Shown here piece by piece: positions 1-12,384 of a stretch of 64,000 bases of DNA. Where the stretch lies: contig JAGIQG010000014.1 of the NCBI GenBank assembly GCA_024679065.1, positions 46,252,001 to 46,316,000 of the forward strand, written 5' to 3'. The notes beneath the pieces are model-generated. The model was not told the DNA's origin, did no database searches, and was given only the letters and a program-made list of their open reading frames with translations. How positions within the stretch are numbered: the stretch's first letter is position 1; every line of letters begins with the position of its first letter. Source of the stretch: Sphyrna mokarran. Its lineage: Eukaryota. The position numbers and the translations under genes were made by a program.

Positions 1-80
1 TCAAGTCTGACCCACCATTCAATATGATTATAGCTGATCTATGCTGGCCTCAATTCCTTTTCTGTTCCATTTCCCTATTC
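1..80 (-). mobile_element. CR1-type LINE 3' UTR fragment
   Basis: cccaccattcaatatgat...agctgatct is the reverse complement of the gatcaaccatgatcatattgaatggtggg terminal motif seen at 300-330. Confidence 0.6.
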
Positions 81-224
81 CTCAATCTAATTCAAATTGT
101 ATCTGATTCATGTTCCCACAAGAGAGACATGCAAGATCCAGGGTGACAAGACTAGGCATTGCACCTGATCTCTCAGTAACTAGTAGTGAGCCTTCCCAAA
201 AGACTGATAGAGGCTGCAGTATTA

Positions 225-378
225 AAAGTGGAGGTGGATAAATATTTGCTGGATTGAGGAATAGGGAAATGGAACAAAAAAGGAATTGAGACTGGCATAG
301 ATCAACCATGATCATATTGAATGGTGGGGCAGGCTTGAAGTCTTGGTGACCTATTCCTGCTGCTGTTGTGTTCTGTGT
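225..378 (+). mobile_element. CR1-type LINE 3' terminal fragment
   Basis: End of ORF2 (gaggtggataaatatttg), then 3' UTR motif gatcaaccatgatcatattgaatggtggggcaggcttgaag...cctattcctgct. Confidence 0.6.
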
Positions 379-399
379 GCTCTGCTATTCAGTATGATC

Positions 400-760
400 A
401 TATCCAATTCTTGATCTCAATGCCATATTCCCATATTCTCCATTATACTTTGATATCATTAAAATCTTTTTTTCTTGAATACATTGTGACTTGGCCTCCA
501 CAGCCTTCCATAGTAGAGAATTCCACAGGGTCACTTGCCCTTGTGAATGAAGAATTATTTCCTCATCTCTGTCTTAAATAGCCTACCCTGTATCCTGAAA
601 CTGTGCGCCCTGGTTCTAGATTCTTCAGCCAGAGAGAACACAATACCCACACTTTCTTTCCACAACACCTCCCCCCCACCCCCCACCCCCCACCCCCCAG
701 CAAAAGCCTAGCCAAATGCAATTGTTTATACTGTGCATTCCCTTTGAGATTGTTGTGAAG
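400..760 (-). mobile_element. Degenerate CR1-type LINE 3' fragment
   Basis: ggcctccacagcc...agagaattccacag...gtgaatgaagaattattt resembles the reverse strand of the CR1 ORF2 C-terminus. Confidence 0.55.
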
Positions 761-769
761 CCACAAACC

Positions 770-2222
770 TAGAGTTATAGAGGTATACAGTATGGAAACA
801 GGCCTTTAGCCCAATTTGTCTATGCAGACCATTTTTTAACCATTAAACTAATCCCAGTTGCATGAATTTGGCTCATACCCCTCTATACCCATCTTAGCCA
901 TGTAACTATCTAAGTGCTTTTTAAGACAAAATTGTACTTGTCCCTACTACTGCTCTAGCAGCTTATTCCAGACACTTGCCACCCTCTGTGTGAAAGAATT
1001 GCCCTCTGGACTCTCATGTATGTCTCCCTTCTCACCTTAAACTTGTGTCCTCTAGTTTATACTCCTTTACCTTTTGGGAAAATATATTGACTATCAAGCC
1101 CCTTGTTATTTTATCGACCTCTATAAGATCGCTCCAAAGCCTCCGACATTCTAGGGAAAAAACATCCCAGTCTATCCAGCCTCTCCTTATAACTCAAACC
1201 ATCAAGTCCTGGTAGCATCCTGATAAATCTTTTCTACACTCTTACTAGTTTAATATCCTTTCTACAATGGGGTAACCAGAACTGTACACAGTATTCCAAG
1301 TGTGCCTTACCAATGTCTTGTACAACTTGAATTCCTGTATTCAATACTTTGACCAATAAAACCAAGCATGCCCAATGCTGCCTTCACCACCCTGTCCACC
1401 TTTGACTCCACTTTCAAGGAGATATGGATCTGTATTCCTGTTTCTTTGTTCTATAACTCTCCCCAATATCCTATCATTAACTGAGTAGGTCCTGCCCCGA
1501 TTCAGTCTACCAAGTGCTTCACCTCACATTTATCTAAAATTCACCAGCCCCTGGCCCAATTGATCAAGATCCTATTGTAATCCTAGATAACACTGTCCAT
1601 GATGCCACCAATTTTGGTGTCATCTGCAAACTTGCTAACCAAGCCTCCTAAATTCTCATCCAAATCATTAACATAAATGACAAATAACAGTGGACCCAGC
1701 ACTGGCCTCCAGTTTGAAAAACAATCCTCTACAATCACCCTCTGTCTTCTGTTGTCAAGCCAATTTTATATCTAATTATCTACCTCACCCTGGGTTCTGT
1801 GTGATTTAACCTTATGCAATAATCTAAAGTCCATGTAGACAATGTTGCCTGCACTGCCCTCATCTACCTCCTTGGTTATACCTTCAAAAAGCTCAATCAA
1901 ACTTGTGAGACATGATTTTCCACTCACCACGCCAATGCTGACTGTCCTCAATCAATCCTTGCTTCTCTATATGCCTATAGATCCCGTCTCTCAGAATACC
2001 TTCTAACAATTTACCCACCACCGCCATTGGGCTCACGAGTTCACAATTCCCAGCCTTTCCCCAGCAGGGGAAAAGGCACAACATTTGATAATCTTCAGAT
2101 ACCTCTCCTATGGCTGTCCATGATTCAAACATCTCTGCTAGTGGACCCGCAATTTCTTCCCTAGTCTTTCGCAGCGTCCTGGGATACATTTCATCAGGTC
2201 CTGGGGATTTATCTACCTTGAC
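770..2222 (-). mobile_element. CR1 (HER1-like) LINE, 5'-truncated, degenerate ORF2 + 3' UTR
   Basis: ORF 1893-2318(-) reads KVDKSPGPDEMYPRTLRKTREEIAGPLAEMFES and VVGKLLEGILRDGIY. The FADD motif lies at ~1615-1632 (tcatctgcaaa). The 3' end matches the copies at 32388, 49440 and 59940. Confidence 0.92.
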
Positions 2223-2469
2223 GCGCTTTTTGGATGTTAATGTTAGACCTGTTCGTTGCACTGCGCAATAAATTCCAGATGGCTGCCTCACTCCTCGGGA
2301 AAAATCGGTATTTTTCAAACAGGTGGGAGCAACAGCCGCAGCAACATGTTAAGTGGAGAAAGATGCAGCTAGTAAAGAGTTGTTTTTTTCCTCCAGCGCA
2401 TCTTCGCACACTCTTACCGCTTTAGGGTGGGGAAGGATTCCCGAGCTGATTATCAGTCCATTGAACTGT

Positions 2470-2530
2470 ATTTTCCGTAGCGAACCTGGTGTTGGACTTC
2501 AACCCACAACTTCTGGTCTGCACAATCCAC
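2470..2530 (-). mobile_element. tRNA-like head fragment of a Deu-domain SINE
   Basis: Reverse complement cagaagttgtgggttgaagtccaacaccagg resembles the B-box region of the SINE heads at ~20960 and ~34590. Confidence 0.4.
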
Positions 2531-3039
2531 TGTCCTACAGCAGTCCTGAGAGGTAAATTACCTCCCCCCCCCCCCCCGCCCCGCGGGGGGGGGGGTGGGA
2601 GCGGAGGACGGGGAGTGGTTTTGTTTGACTGTGAGTGCACGGGGAATAAATAAATGGAGTAGGACAAAGCAAGGAGGCAGAGAGAAGGGAGGATGTTGAA
2701 CTGTAAACCACGGAATGCCCCACCATCAGTGGCTGTGGAGGTGGTGACTAGAATATCATTTCAAATGGAAGAAATGTTTGAAAATAAGGGATGATGCACC
2801 GCGATAACGGGATTATTGGAGAGAGTATTTGTCCCGGGCGCCTGCCACCTTCCTGCGGTGCTGCTGAGTTGGAGATGTGTGAAAGGGGATGTAGGGGCTA
2901 AGCTGAGCTCTGTGAGAAAATCGCACATTCTGTTATTTTGTGCGGATCTCTCAGTTTGGCCCAGGTGGGGCTGGTGTTTTGTGGCGTGCGGGGAGTCCGT
3001 GCGTGTTGTCAGCCTCACTCTTAGTGTAATTCCAGTGAG

Positions 3040-3279
3040 GTAGCGGCGGAATCATATCTTCCTGCCCCGGGTTTCCCCTCTGCAAATCACTATTTCCCTT
3101 TCCCTTCATGCCGTCCCTGTTTACCTGCCTCCAGCACTCGGGGTCTGCTTTTCGGAAGCTCCTGCATCGCCGCTGGTGACGGGGTCTGGGGCAGGCTTTC
3201 AGAGAGTAAATGTATAAATGTTTACACATGACGTCTGATGCAGTCATGAAGCTGCAACGCCGCATATCAATGTCGCCAG
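3040..3279 (+). other. Candidate first exon A (start uncertain)
   Basis: Donor CAG|GTAAAA at 3279/3280. Open frame from ATG 3210 gives MYKCLHMTSDAVMKLQRRISMSP (phase 1); protein not recognised. Confidence 0.35.
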
Positions 3280-4099
3280 GTAAAACAACACCACTTTTCT
3301 CTGATCCTGTTTCACGCTCTTACGTAAACTACTCATGACCTCTTTTGCATTGCTCTGCAAAATAAGGCGGCGTCTTAATTTGTGACGGTTTTACAGCTTT
3401 CCTTGCTAATTGATTGAATGACGGTAATATCCTGGGGACTGCCGCGCGTCTGTAACGAAACAACCCGGAACATCCTGAAAAGAAATGGCCAGATGAGGGA
3501 TTCCTCTTCAACCTGCGCAACTCGGGAGGTTTCCTCCGCCCAACCATCTCCCAATCTTACTGCGAAATGACAATTAGACCAAGGTTAGGCTTTTAAACTG
3601 AGATCTCAGATTCTTTCCGGGTGACTAATAGGTTTGTTTTTATTTCCTTAATGCATTATGGGGCCATGTCTGTACTAACGTGGTGACTTGCACAAATACA
3701 ATGGGTCGTTTGGCAGATTAATCCCATATTGAACGGAGCTCTGGAAACCTACCAGCGCGCTGCTGCTTTAAGCAGAAACCAATTCCTCCTTTTGGTAAGG
3801 TTTGACTAGTGGTAGTGGGGCGTGTGGGTGAATGGAGTTTCGGAATCATTAAATCACCACCACTTATCAAGTGTGCTGGCCCGCGGGGAGTAATATTCCC
3901 CATTCCCTGGCACTCTTCACAAATTTCATGTCGATCGAACCACTGAAGGTTGCAGTCCCGATCTGGCATGTTTAGATTTAGTGCCATGTATATTCTGTCC
4001 ATTTTGAATCTCTGTTTTCCGCTAGACTCCATTTTGTGGATTTTGTGTGTCTGTCTGTCTGTGTGCATGTTATTATTCACTGGGTGCAGCAGTAGCGAG

Positions 4100-4340
4100 T
4101 GTACACGCCATGAGCAAACGCCGTCACTTTGACAGCCTGAGCCGGTGAAGCGCTGTTGCCGCAGTTTGTGAAGTGTAACTCAGGGGCTGAGGCTGCTGGA
4201 GGCTGGAACGCGGCATTTCCCATTCGCGCCTAGACAGAAAACAACACATTAAAGTTTTAAACTTCGATTCGCTCGGCAGCCTACGCACCATTTCCTTCTC
4301 AAATAGATTCGTGTCATTTTTCCTGTATACGTCAATGCAG
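4100..4340 (+). other. Candidate first exon B (start uncertain)
   Basis: GC-rich leader ending ATGCAG|GTAAAA at 4340/4341, followed by AT-rich intron-like sequence. Confidence 0.35.
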
Positions 4341-5871
4341 GTAAAATCGCTGTCTCTATTACATCTGACCCATTAGTAAGATTTTTGCAATAATTTTATC
4401 ATTTAAAAAAAAACTCCATTCTTAAAGTTACAAAACCAATGTTCAGAATGAACCGGGCCATCCCAAATCCATCCCAACACCAAGTTCAAATTCCAATTAA
4501 ATCCACTTCATGGTCCCCAAAAGCCAAACAAGATCCTAGTTTACAAGATAAGGCATCTTGATCTGACGCTTGCTCTGAGCCGAATTCTATTGTCAGATTT
4601 TTAATAAGGACATATAACTATTACAATAATCCCCAATCAGCGGGAATTTATGGGAGGTCATGCGCTACCGGCCCAATTTCAGCCTTTCTAGTCATTCGAA
4701 AGCATTTATCAAGATCAATACTGATTAATAATGGAGTACTAGTTGTGCATCATAGGCGGAGCGTAGGGGAGGAGGGGCGTGAGAATCACAATGTAAAGAA
4801 TGGAAAAGGAATATAAAGTAAAACCAGATATTAACGCGGGGCTGGAGACATGGATAAGAGGGGTCTTGATTAGTCGTGTTGTAAACTTCCGTCTCATCAC
4901 TTAGAAAGGGTTTGAGCAAAGTTAATTTTTGGAATTGTGTACAACCGATTGGATACTATGGAAAGGGGGCTCCAGAACCAGTGTATTCCTCTCCAAATAG
5001 AACCGCGCATTTGAATAAATCTCACATACTGTTTAATGAAAAAGAAACTGCAGTGAAAATATTTTAAAACAAACTAATGTTGCATTTGATAGTTTCACGA
5101 GGCTTTTGTATGGAATTTTAGGGTAACAATTACACAAAAACTCTCAGCATTTGCCACCTTTTATTCCGTGAGGCTGACCGCAATTGTAGCAGTGCGTGCA
5201 TGATGATAGTTAAACGCAAAAACTGGCGTCAGTGATTCCGTGCTTCTCTATAAGATGCCAAGTGCCTGATGCCTTCCCCCACCCCCAAATCAGGCAGAAC
5301 TTCCCCTTTATGTTATTAATCTTGGTCTGATACCTTTCAAAAATAACACCTTGTTGAATGAGTTTTTTAATGTCGCACTAAGTTCATAATTACTGATACA
5401 CTTATTCACTGGAAAATTAATTTTATATCTGTGGAATGTCACATTTCTCAAATGTGCATTTTATGTTTTAAAAGTCTGATATTCCAGCTACTTTTAATAC
5501 CTGTTTAATTCCCAATCGCGTATTTCGCTCTTTGTAAAATTTTACTTTATGGTTTGCTGGCAGTGACAATACTTCAATGTGATTCTTTGCCTAATCCTAC
5601 TTGATGATATCATTGTTGTTGGATGCCGCTTTGACTTGGCTGCTGATTCAAAATGATATTGAGAAAGGGGAAATGCCCACCCACAGTAGGAATTACATTG
5701 TTGTGGCAGCTTTCTTCATTATCACTGCTGAGCGCCATCATTTCACTGATTGTGAAATCCAGGCCGTTATCTAGGTTGTTTGTTCACTAACTTGAGTTCA
5801 CTTGGGGTATAATTTTCTGTACCTGCCAATCTCACAGACAGTGGAAGTTAAATTAGTTCCAGCCCAGACAG

Positions 5872-6320
5872 TAAGTACGTAAGAGATGAGGATAGAGGTA
5901 GCTTCTTTAGCACCATGAGGCTGCTAACTTCATAGCTAATCTGAATATGGCCTCAACTTCACTTTTCTACCTGACCCCATAACCTTCACAGATCAAACGT
6001 CTGTCTAACTCAGTTTGGAATATATTCAATGATCCAGCCTCTACCGATCTCCCTGTAGGGAATTCCAAAGATTAGCAACGATCTGAGAGAAGTAATCCCT
6101 CTTTTCCTTCTGAAATGGGAGATTCTTTTTTTTTGAAACTATGCCGCCCCCTCCCCCGTTTTAGATTCCCCATGAAGGGGGAAATTCAGCATCCAACATG
6201 CCAAGCTCTCTCAGAATCTAATAGGTTTCAATAAGATCACCACTAAATACAGGCCCAACGCGCTCAGCCCGTCCTTCGTCAGATAATTCCTTCTCCCAGG
6301 GAATCAAGCAAGTTCTTTAA
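5872..6320 (-). mobile_element. CR1-type LINE 3' fragment
   Basis: Same 3' UTR family as 1-80 (atagctaatctg...ggcctcaacttcac), plus gtttcaataagatcacc (reverse of GDLIET). Confidence 0.75.
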
Positions 6321-7059
6321 TTAATTTTGATGCTCTTGCCTCATATCTGAGCTGCGACATTTCAAAAGGCTATTCGCTTACAGTTTAGCACATCAAGGCT
6401 AAATATCTGGCTTCCTTGGCTACCATGAAGGTGGGTTTTTATCATGGGAGTGAGGGGAGAATTCCGGTTGGTAGTTTATTTCTGTGGGAATCAGAGAAGC
6501 TTTCCTGCTTTTCCAGATTCAATTACCCAGGCTAAACTGTTCAGCCCGTGGAAATAATCTGCATCCGCCCCCTCTTCTGGCTGATTTGCAAATTGAAATA
6601 GTTTTCTCAGCTGACCCTGGCTGGCGCTTTGGGTGCGGGGCCTCTTAACCTCTCTTAAAATGACCAAATACACATCGAACTGGCTAACGGGGGTGGGTCA
6701 ACAGTGCCAGTTCAGATCTGTATCTCGTTATCACTTAGTTGACACCAACCGGAAAATGGTTAAATCAACTCCAAAATCTTCCAATGATGATATTGTGGAA
6801 AATCCAAACACTGGGAAATTAAAGTAGAAAATGTTGCGACTCGCAGCCGGTTAGACAGCATCTGGTGACTAAAGTGCAAATGAGACCAAATACTGGAGGG
6901 GGTGCAATGTCTGCTCCTATCAGCTTGGATCATGTAGATCCAGCCCAAGATAGGATGTTTTGTTAGCTGGGATCTGTAATGTCTCCCTGATAGAGAGCTT
7001 GATTGGATTTTGATTGGATATAACTTAAAAAAAACTCGCGGCTGGTCAGAACTCCTAAA

Positions 7060-7130
7060 ATATTTTAACTCTTGTTTCTCCTCCCGCTACAGGTGCTGTC
7101 TGACCTGTTGAGTATTTCCAGTATTATTTA
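7060..7130 (+). mobile_element. Penelope-like element terminal fragment (family A)
   Basis: acaggtgctgtctgacctgttgagtatttccag matches the terminal motif at 17468-17500. Confidence 0.6.
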
Positions 7131-8744
7131 GTAAGGGTCGCGGGCGATGGCTAAAGCAGATCCCCGTGCGTGTGCAACCAAGAGCTGTCATGGTGGGTGT
7201 TATTTTATCTTCATAGGTACTGCATTTACCTTTAACCGATGTTGGCTGTGTAAAATATTCAGCGTTGTGTTATACTCAGTAATTAACAATGTAAGTGTTC
7301 TTTTGTCATATAGCTTAAACTTCAAAGAACCTAGCCGTATCTGCAGCAGATACATTTGTCAATTCTGGAGATTAAGCAAACATTGATGACACCAAAGACT
7401 AAATGTTGAAAAATGATTTTAAAAAAATAGTAATTTCCCATATCATTGAAATATCATCAGAACTAACAAGGTTAGTCTGGGAGAACGAATCTTCGGCAGA
7501 ATGCCGAAAGGTCGCTATTGAGAATTAATATTATGAAATATTCTCAATTAACCTCGACACTGAAATGTTCATGTGTTATATTCAAACGGAGGATGTTAAT
7601 TTATATTTAACATACAGCTTCACTGGACCATTTTACATATCTAACATAACATAGTATGTTATTTCCCCATTATCTTTTGGAATATCCACTAGATTTTGAA
7701 ATGTTTATAGTAAACCTGGTTTAATCTGTTTCAATGCCTCAGTAATCTCTCCAAGATTTTAAAATCTCCGTCTATTTCCACTCGATTGCTTACTATTTAC
7801 CGTTTCCTTTGCTCCTGTTGTCTGATTATTTCAAAAGCTGGGAAGATTACATATCGTTCCAGCAGTAAGCCTCGGCTCACCTCCCCGCAGTGTAACTGAC
7901 CTCAGGTATGTGATTCTCACTCTGATTATCGGGAACAGTAAAATATCCGCCGGTTGCCCGGGAAGAAAGCAAGAAGATCGTAAGCAGATGTAGCGGCGGC
8001 AGGGGCACGGATGTCAAAACATGGATTTCATTTTAAAAAAGCCCACCAGAGAATTAAAATAATGTGTTTTCTGATTCATTTGTGGTGACGAAAATGAACC
8101 TAAATGGGGCAATGTTTTTAGACCTGTTTGCCAATATTATGAGACTCACGTTATTTTGCTTTTAGAAAATTGTAGAACGGTGCATAATAAAGGATAGATT
8201 TCATAGAATAATATAAATTAGAGCACACGAAGATGTCATTTGACAGCTACTGTTGGTGTTGTCCGCTGCAAACCCATTCCCCCAGATTATTTATATATTC
8301 CTGCCAAATAGCTATCCCATTCCGTTCAAAATAAAGTTTTAGTCTGTGCCACAATAGCCGCATGTAATTCGCGGTCTACTAGCCTTCAACGCCAAAGATT
8401 CTTCTGCCTTGTTCCTTTTCTTCAGTGAGAATCTATTCCAACCCCTATTTCCCTATCGGCCAGCGCACCAGTGAAAATAGTCTTTCACTATTTACTCCAG
8501 GTTTGCGGGATTCACTCATCCCTGCCTGAATTGGCTGCTCCTTTCTTGGTAGTCACTGTGATTCTGGGCTCCCCCTCCGGTAGCACTTCATGCGGCTGCA
8601 GTTCTTTGCTGTGCTGGTTCAATGGATTAATAGTTCAATGGGATCACTGAGCTCAAGGCTTCCGGATAGCAACCCTGCAACGGTGTATGGAGAGGTGCGC
8701 TGTGCCAGGAAGTAGTTATCAGTGATCTCCCCGGCCTGTTTGTG

Positions 8745-8965
8745 ACTGTCAGTATCTGTGGCGAGAGAACAGAGCCAATACTTCGAATCTGGATGACCCT
8801 TCGTCAGAGCTGCTAAAAACAAAATACTGTGGATGCTGGAATCCGTTACTCAGACTTGAAACGTTGGCTCCATTTTCTGCCCACACGTGCTGTCAGACCT
8901 GCTGAGATTTTCCAGCATTTGCTGTTTTTGTTTCAGATTCCAGCATCAAGTACTTTGCTTTTATC
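8745..8965. mobile_element. Rearranged PLE family-A termini in both orientations, with hammerhead remnants
   Basis: The minus strand at ~8772-8812 reads agctCTGACGAaGGGTCatccaGATTCGAAgtatt. The plus strand from ~8850 reads gacttGAAACGTTggctc...cagacctgctgagattttccagc. Confidence 0.8.
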
Positions 8966-9031
8966 TTGCTGTTTATGGCTGTTTCTGGCGCATTTCCGCA
9001 TCCACCGAGGAGGATTGGAGTTCTTAGCTAT

Positions 9032-9144
9032 ATTGAAGTCCAACAAGTTTGTCCGCAATTACGAACTTTCGGAGCTCTGGTATTGTAAAACTTCTTACTG
9101 AGGTTACCCCAGTCCAGCGCGGACATTTTCTCAACATTGAAGTC
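9032..9144 (+). mobile_element. Mini PLE family-B terminus with 5' inversion and 9-bp TSD
   Basis: attgaagtc at 9032-9040 and 9136-9144. An inverted segment is followed by ctggtattgtaaaacttcttactgaggttaccccagtcca, which matches 48355-48392. Confidence 0.75.
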
Positions 9145-9983
9145 AGCTAAGAATAAATCAGACTTCCTTCCAATTTTTATTTTACAAACCAAATTGAAAC
9201 TCTCTTTCAGAAATTCGTTCTCATACTGTCCGCCATATCAGCAACGCCACCCATCATTGGAAAGAAATGTTTGCAACCTGGTTGGATGTGGGAAGAAGTG
9301 GGAACTGGGCCCTAGTGCTTTCAGGATTTAGAGAATTAATCTGATTCAATATTTACGCTCCAATCTTTATCGCTTAATTTGCTGGTTAAATGCATCCTTA
9401 ATCAGATTAACTCAGGACATAATAATCAAATTCAGCAAACCATTAACTTTAGTAATTTTTTTCATTGAGAGTGAAATATATTTGCTTAAAAATTAGAAAC
9501 CTTCTTAATGTAACTACCTCTGAGCATTCAACTGGAATGTTACTGTTGGCCATTGTCTAATAATTTCAGAGTTAGCATTTCAAATTTTATCACCCATATA
9601 CAGGAATGATTCATGATCAATTAAAATAATGAATAATGCTGCATTTCTTTATTACCCCTTATTGCTTGAGTCAGACTTGGGCAAACAAGGAGCATAAAAT
9701 TGAATAAATTGCTCTCTGTCTTGCTACAAATTCCTTAATGTGTGCAATGAATATATAATGAACCCGTGGGCTACTTTATAACAATTGTTTGATCAAAATG
9801 TCTTCCAGGTAATGTTTCTGTTGTGGGAAATGAGAAACTCCATTACTAAAATATTGAATGAATATATCCAAGACTAAAACTGGTTACTAAAAACGTTTCA
9901 GGATGCCAACCGGTGCTTGAAAACCATTTTATCTTTTCAATATTTTTCTGCAACAGCTGCATTCCTACCAGAAATGCTAAGAC

Positions 9984-10310
9984 TGAAATCTTAAGATAAA
10001 AGCAAAATACTGCAGATGCTGGAATCTGAAACAAAAACAGAAAATGTTGGAAAATCTTCCCCAGATAATTCTTTCACAATTTGTAGTTCTGTGCTGCAAT
10101 TCACACATTCTGATCACTTAATGAATACTTTTAGCACCTTTTTCAGCTACTTTCATCATCATCATTTATGTTTTCTTTGCCCAATTGAAGCCCCGCTCCC
10201 AATATAAATCTCATCTAATTATCTTTGCTCTTACCTCTGATGAAGGGTCATCCAGTCTCTCAACATTGGTTCTATTCTCTCTCCACAGATGCTGTCAGAC
10301 TTGAAATCTT
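9984..10310 (-). mobile_element. Mini PLE family-A terminus with inversion and 9-bp TSD
   Basis: tgaaatctt at 9984-9992 and 10302-10310. The minus-strand 3' tip spans ~9993-10058, then a plus-strand segment contains CTGATGAagggtcatccag. Confidence 0.75.
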
Positions 10311-11121
10311 GCTGCTGTAGTAACTCTTTTGTTCTTGGTAAGAATAGAATTGATGGATGTGAAAAGAAGTTCTTCATAATATTAAATATGCGAAGTATGA
10401 TACTCCTTTAGTCTTCACAGGGTGTTGAGGATGTAGGAGTAGCTGTTTTTCCAGTTACAACCAGGAGTTTATGGACATCAGCTGCAGAAACATTACTGGA
10501 TCATTAATTGGACTGTTTAGCTAAACCCATCAGTGGGAGAGTCTCATTGCTTTCTGTTACTAAATTATGTCATATTTGGTACATCCCATGGAGCCTTGTA
10601 ACCAAGTTCATTGCTGATGGAATTATCCTTTACATTAATTTCCCTTTTCAGAGCTCCGCAAAAGGTTATGGTATTAATTTATCTGTGTCGATGGAGCACT
10701 GTCTGACATCTTGCTCAATGGTAAAACCCAGGCTTCACTTGGGTGTGTCAAGTTAAACTCCAGGTGGAATATGTAAATATGCAAGAAAAAGTATCGTGTT
10801 CTGTATGGAAGATTCTCTCCTCTCAACAAAGATTTGTTCAATCGCACCAAATCAAAATTATGACACTACAGTAGAGTAATATAAATAATTTACTTAGGCC
10901 ATAACAGTAATTAGAAATAAATCAGCAAGCTGGGCCTGCCACTGTTTTTCAGTTTTCCATGGGCAGAACTATAGTGCAAAGAGCCTGCTCACTTACCAAA
11001 ATCAGTAAGTGATTTTTCACTGATCTTTGGGCATGTGGAACCTAATTGTGTTTGTAAGGAATATCCATTATGAGATCGCTGAGATCTGCCCAGAAATTGG
11101 GTTTAATATGCACTAATGTAT

Positions 11122-11973
11122 TGTTAGGGAGCTGGACCTGAACTCCAAGGTATTTTATGAAGCCACGCTAGACCCCAACTATTTTTTTATTTTGGCATAA
11201 ATGTGAGGAAAGGATACCTCACCTCAGGAGTAACTCCATTGACAAACTATGGATTTTTTTTTATTCAACCAAGCTTTATTCGTAACATAGTTTAAGTATA
11301 ATTCTAGCAAAATAAAGTAGTTCAATTCTTAACTATTGAACAATCTTTAAACATGGAAAGAAACAAGTCTTGATTTCTAATTTATCACTATTTCAGTTCC
11401 AATTAAGCAATGTTTCTTTTATAGACCTAAAATACACTTTAAGTATAGTTAGCAAATCCAGATTTACTTGCTTTGACTTGGGCAACAGCCTTGGAGCTTT
11501 CAGACAGACTTTTCAGAGAGAGAGCCTCTTTATAATATCTCCATTGACAAATTGTTCTTTTAAAATGAAAATGAAATGTTTTTTTCTGGTGCAAGCCTGA
11601 CTCCTCCCATTTCTGATATCACATGACTCTGTGTACCTAACTCACCTTCCATTACTTTATTTTAAAACAACTTCAGATCCTTTCCTTTTGTAAACAAAAG
11701 CCCATTAAGCCTTCTGCTAGATAAACACATACATGGATAAAATAAGTAATGATTCTGCTTTGCAGCAATTGCTGATTCCTGCCAGGGAAACCAAATGCTT
11801 GGAGAAAAACACAAAATCTCAAAGCATCCCCCTAAACATAAAATATATCAATAGCATTGTACCATCATAGCATATAGTACTTGACCTTTTTCCTGACTGT
11901 AGTTACACAAGTGATAACTTAATTGATATTATCCTTAGAAACATATCCTAAAGAAACACTTTGATCTCTCACA
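11122..11973. mobile_element. Candidate solo LTR
   Basis: Begins tgttag and ends ctcaca (TG..CA, 5/6 inverted match); flanks gtat/atat; ~850 bp non-coding. Confidence 0.35.
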
Positions 11974-12384
11974 ATATTAGAAGAATGCTCATGTAGTGTT
12001 TCAGTTGATGCATTGCACTAGAGTCACTAAAAACACAACATTATAGGTGTTTCATAAACTGAAATAATTTTCAGCTGTAAATACTAGCAATTGTTTTCTG
12101 CTTGTTCAAAAGTGTTATTTCACCACCGAAGAGAGTGTGGATTCTTTTGTGAAAAGAAATCTTTTTTTAACATTAAAGTCCTAGGTTTCATCTATGAAGT
12201 TTACTTATTACATTAAGCAGTATGGACCTGCATTTTCTACTAAGCCCAACAAACTCAAAAGGAATTCCTTGGCAATTTCAACAAAATACTGTTTTCTCTA
12301 CACTAATATAATTATCTCCGGGACAAAGGTAGTGAAGGCTCAAAACAAAATATGATGTGTTTAATGCTGCATTTTTAAGAATTA

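Larger units (their letters stand above)
2560..4900. promoter_or_regulatory. CpG-rich, repeat-free region; probable CpG-island promoter
   Basis: CpG (cgcg, gccgc, cgcgcc) is visibly denser than in the CpG-depleted remainder, with no recognisable TE. Density was judged by eye, not computed. Confidence 0.65.
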
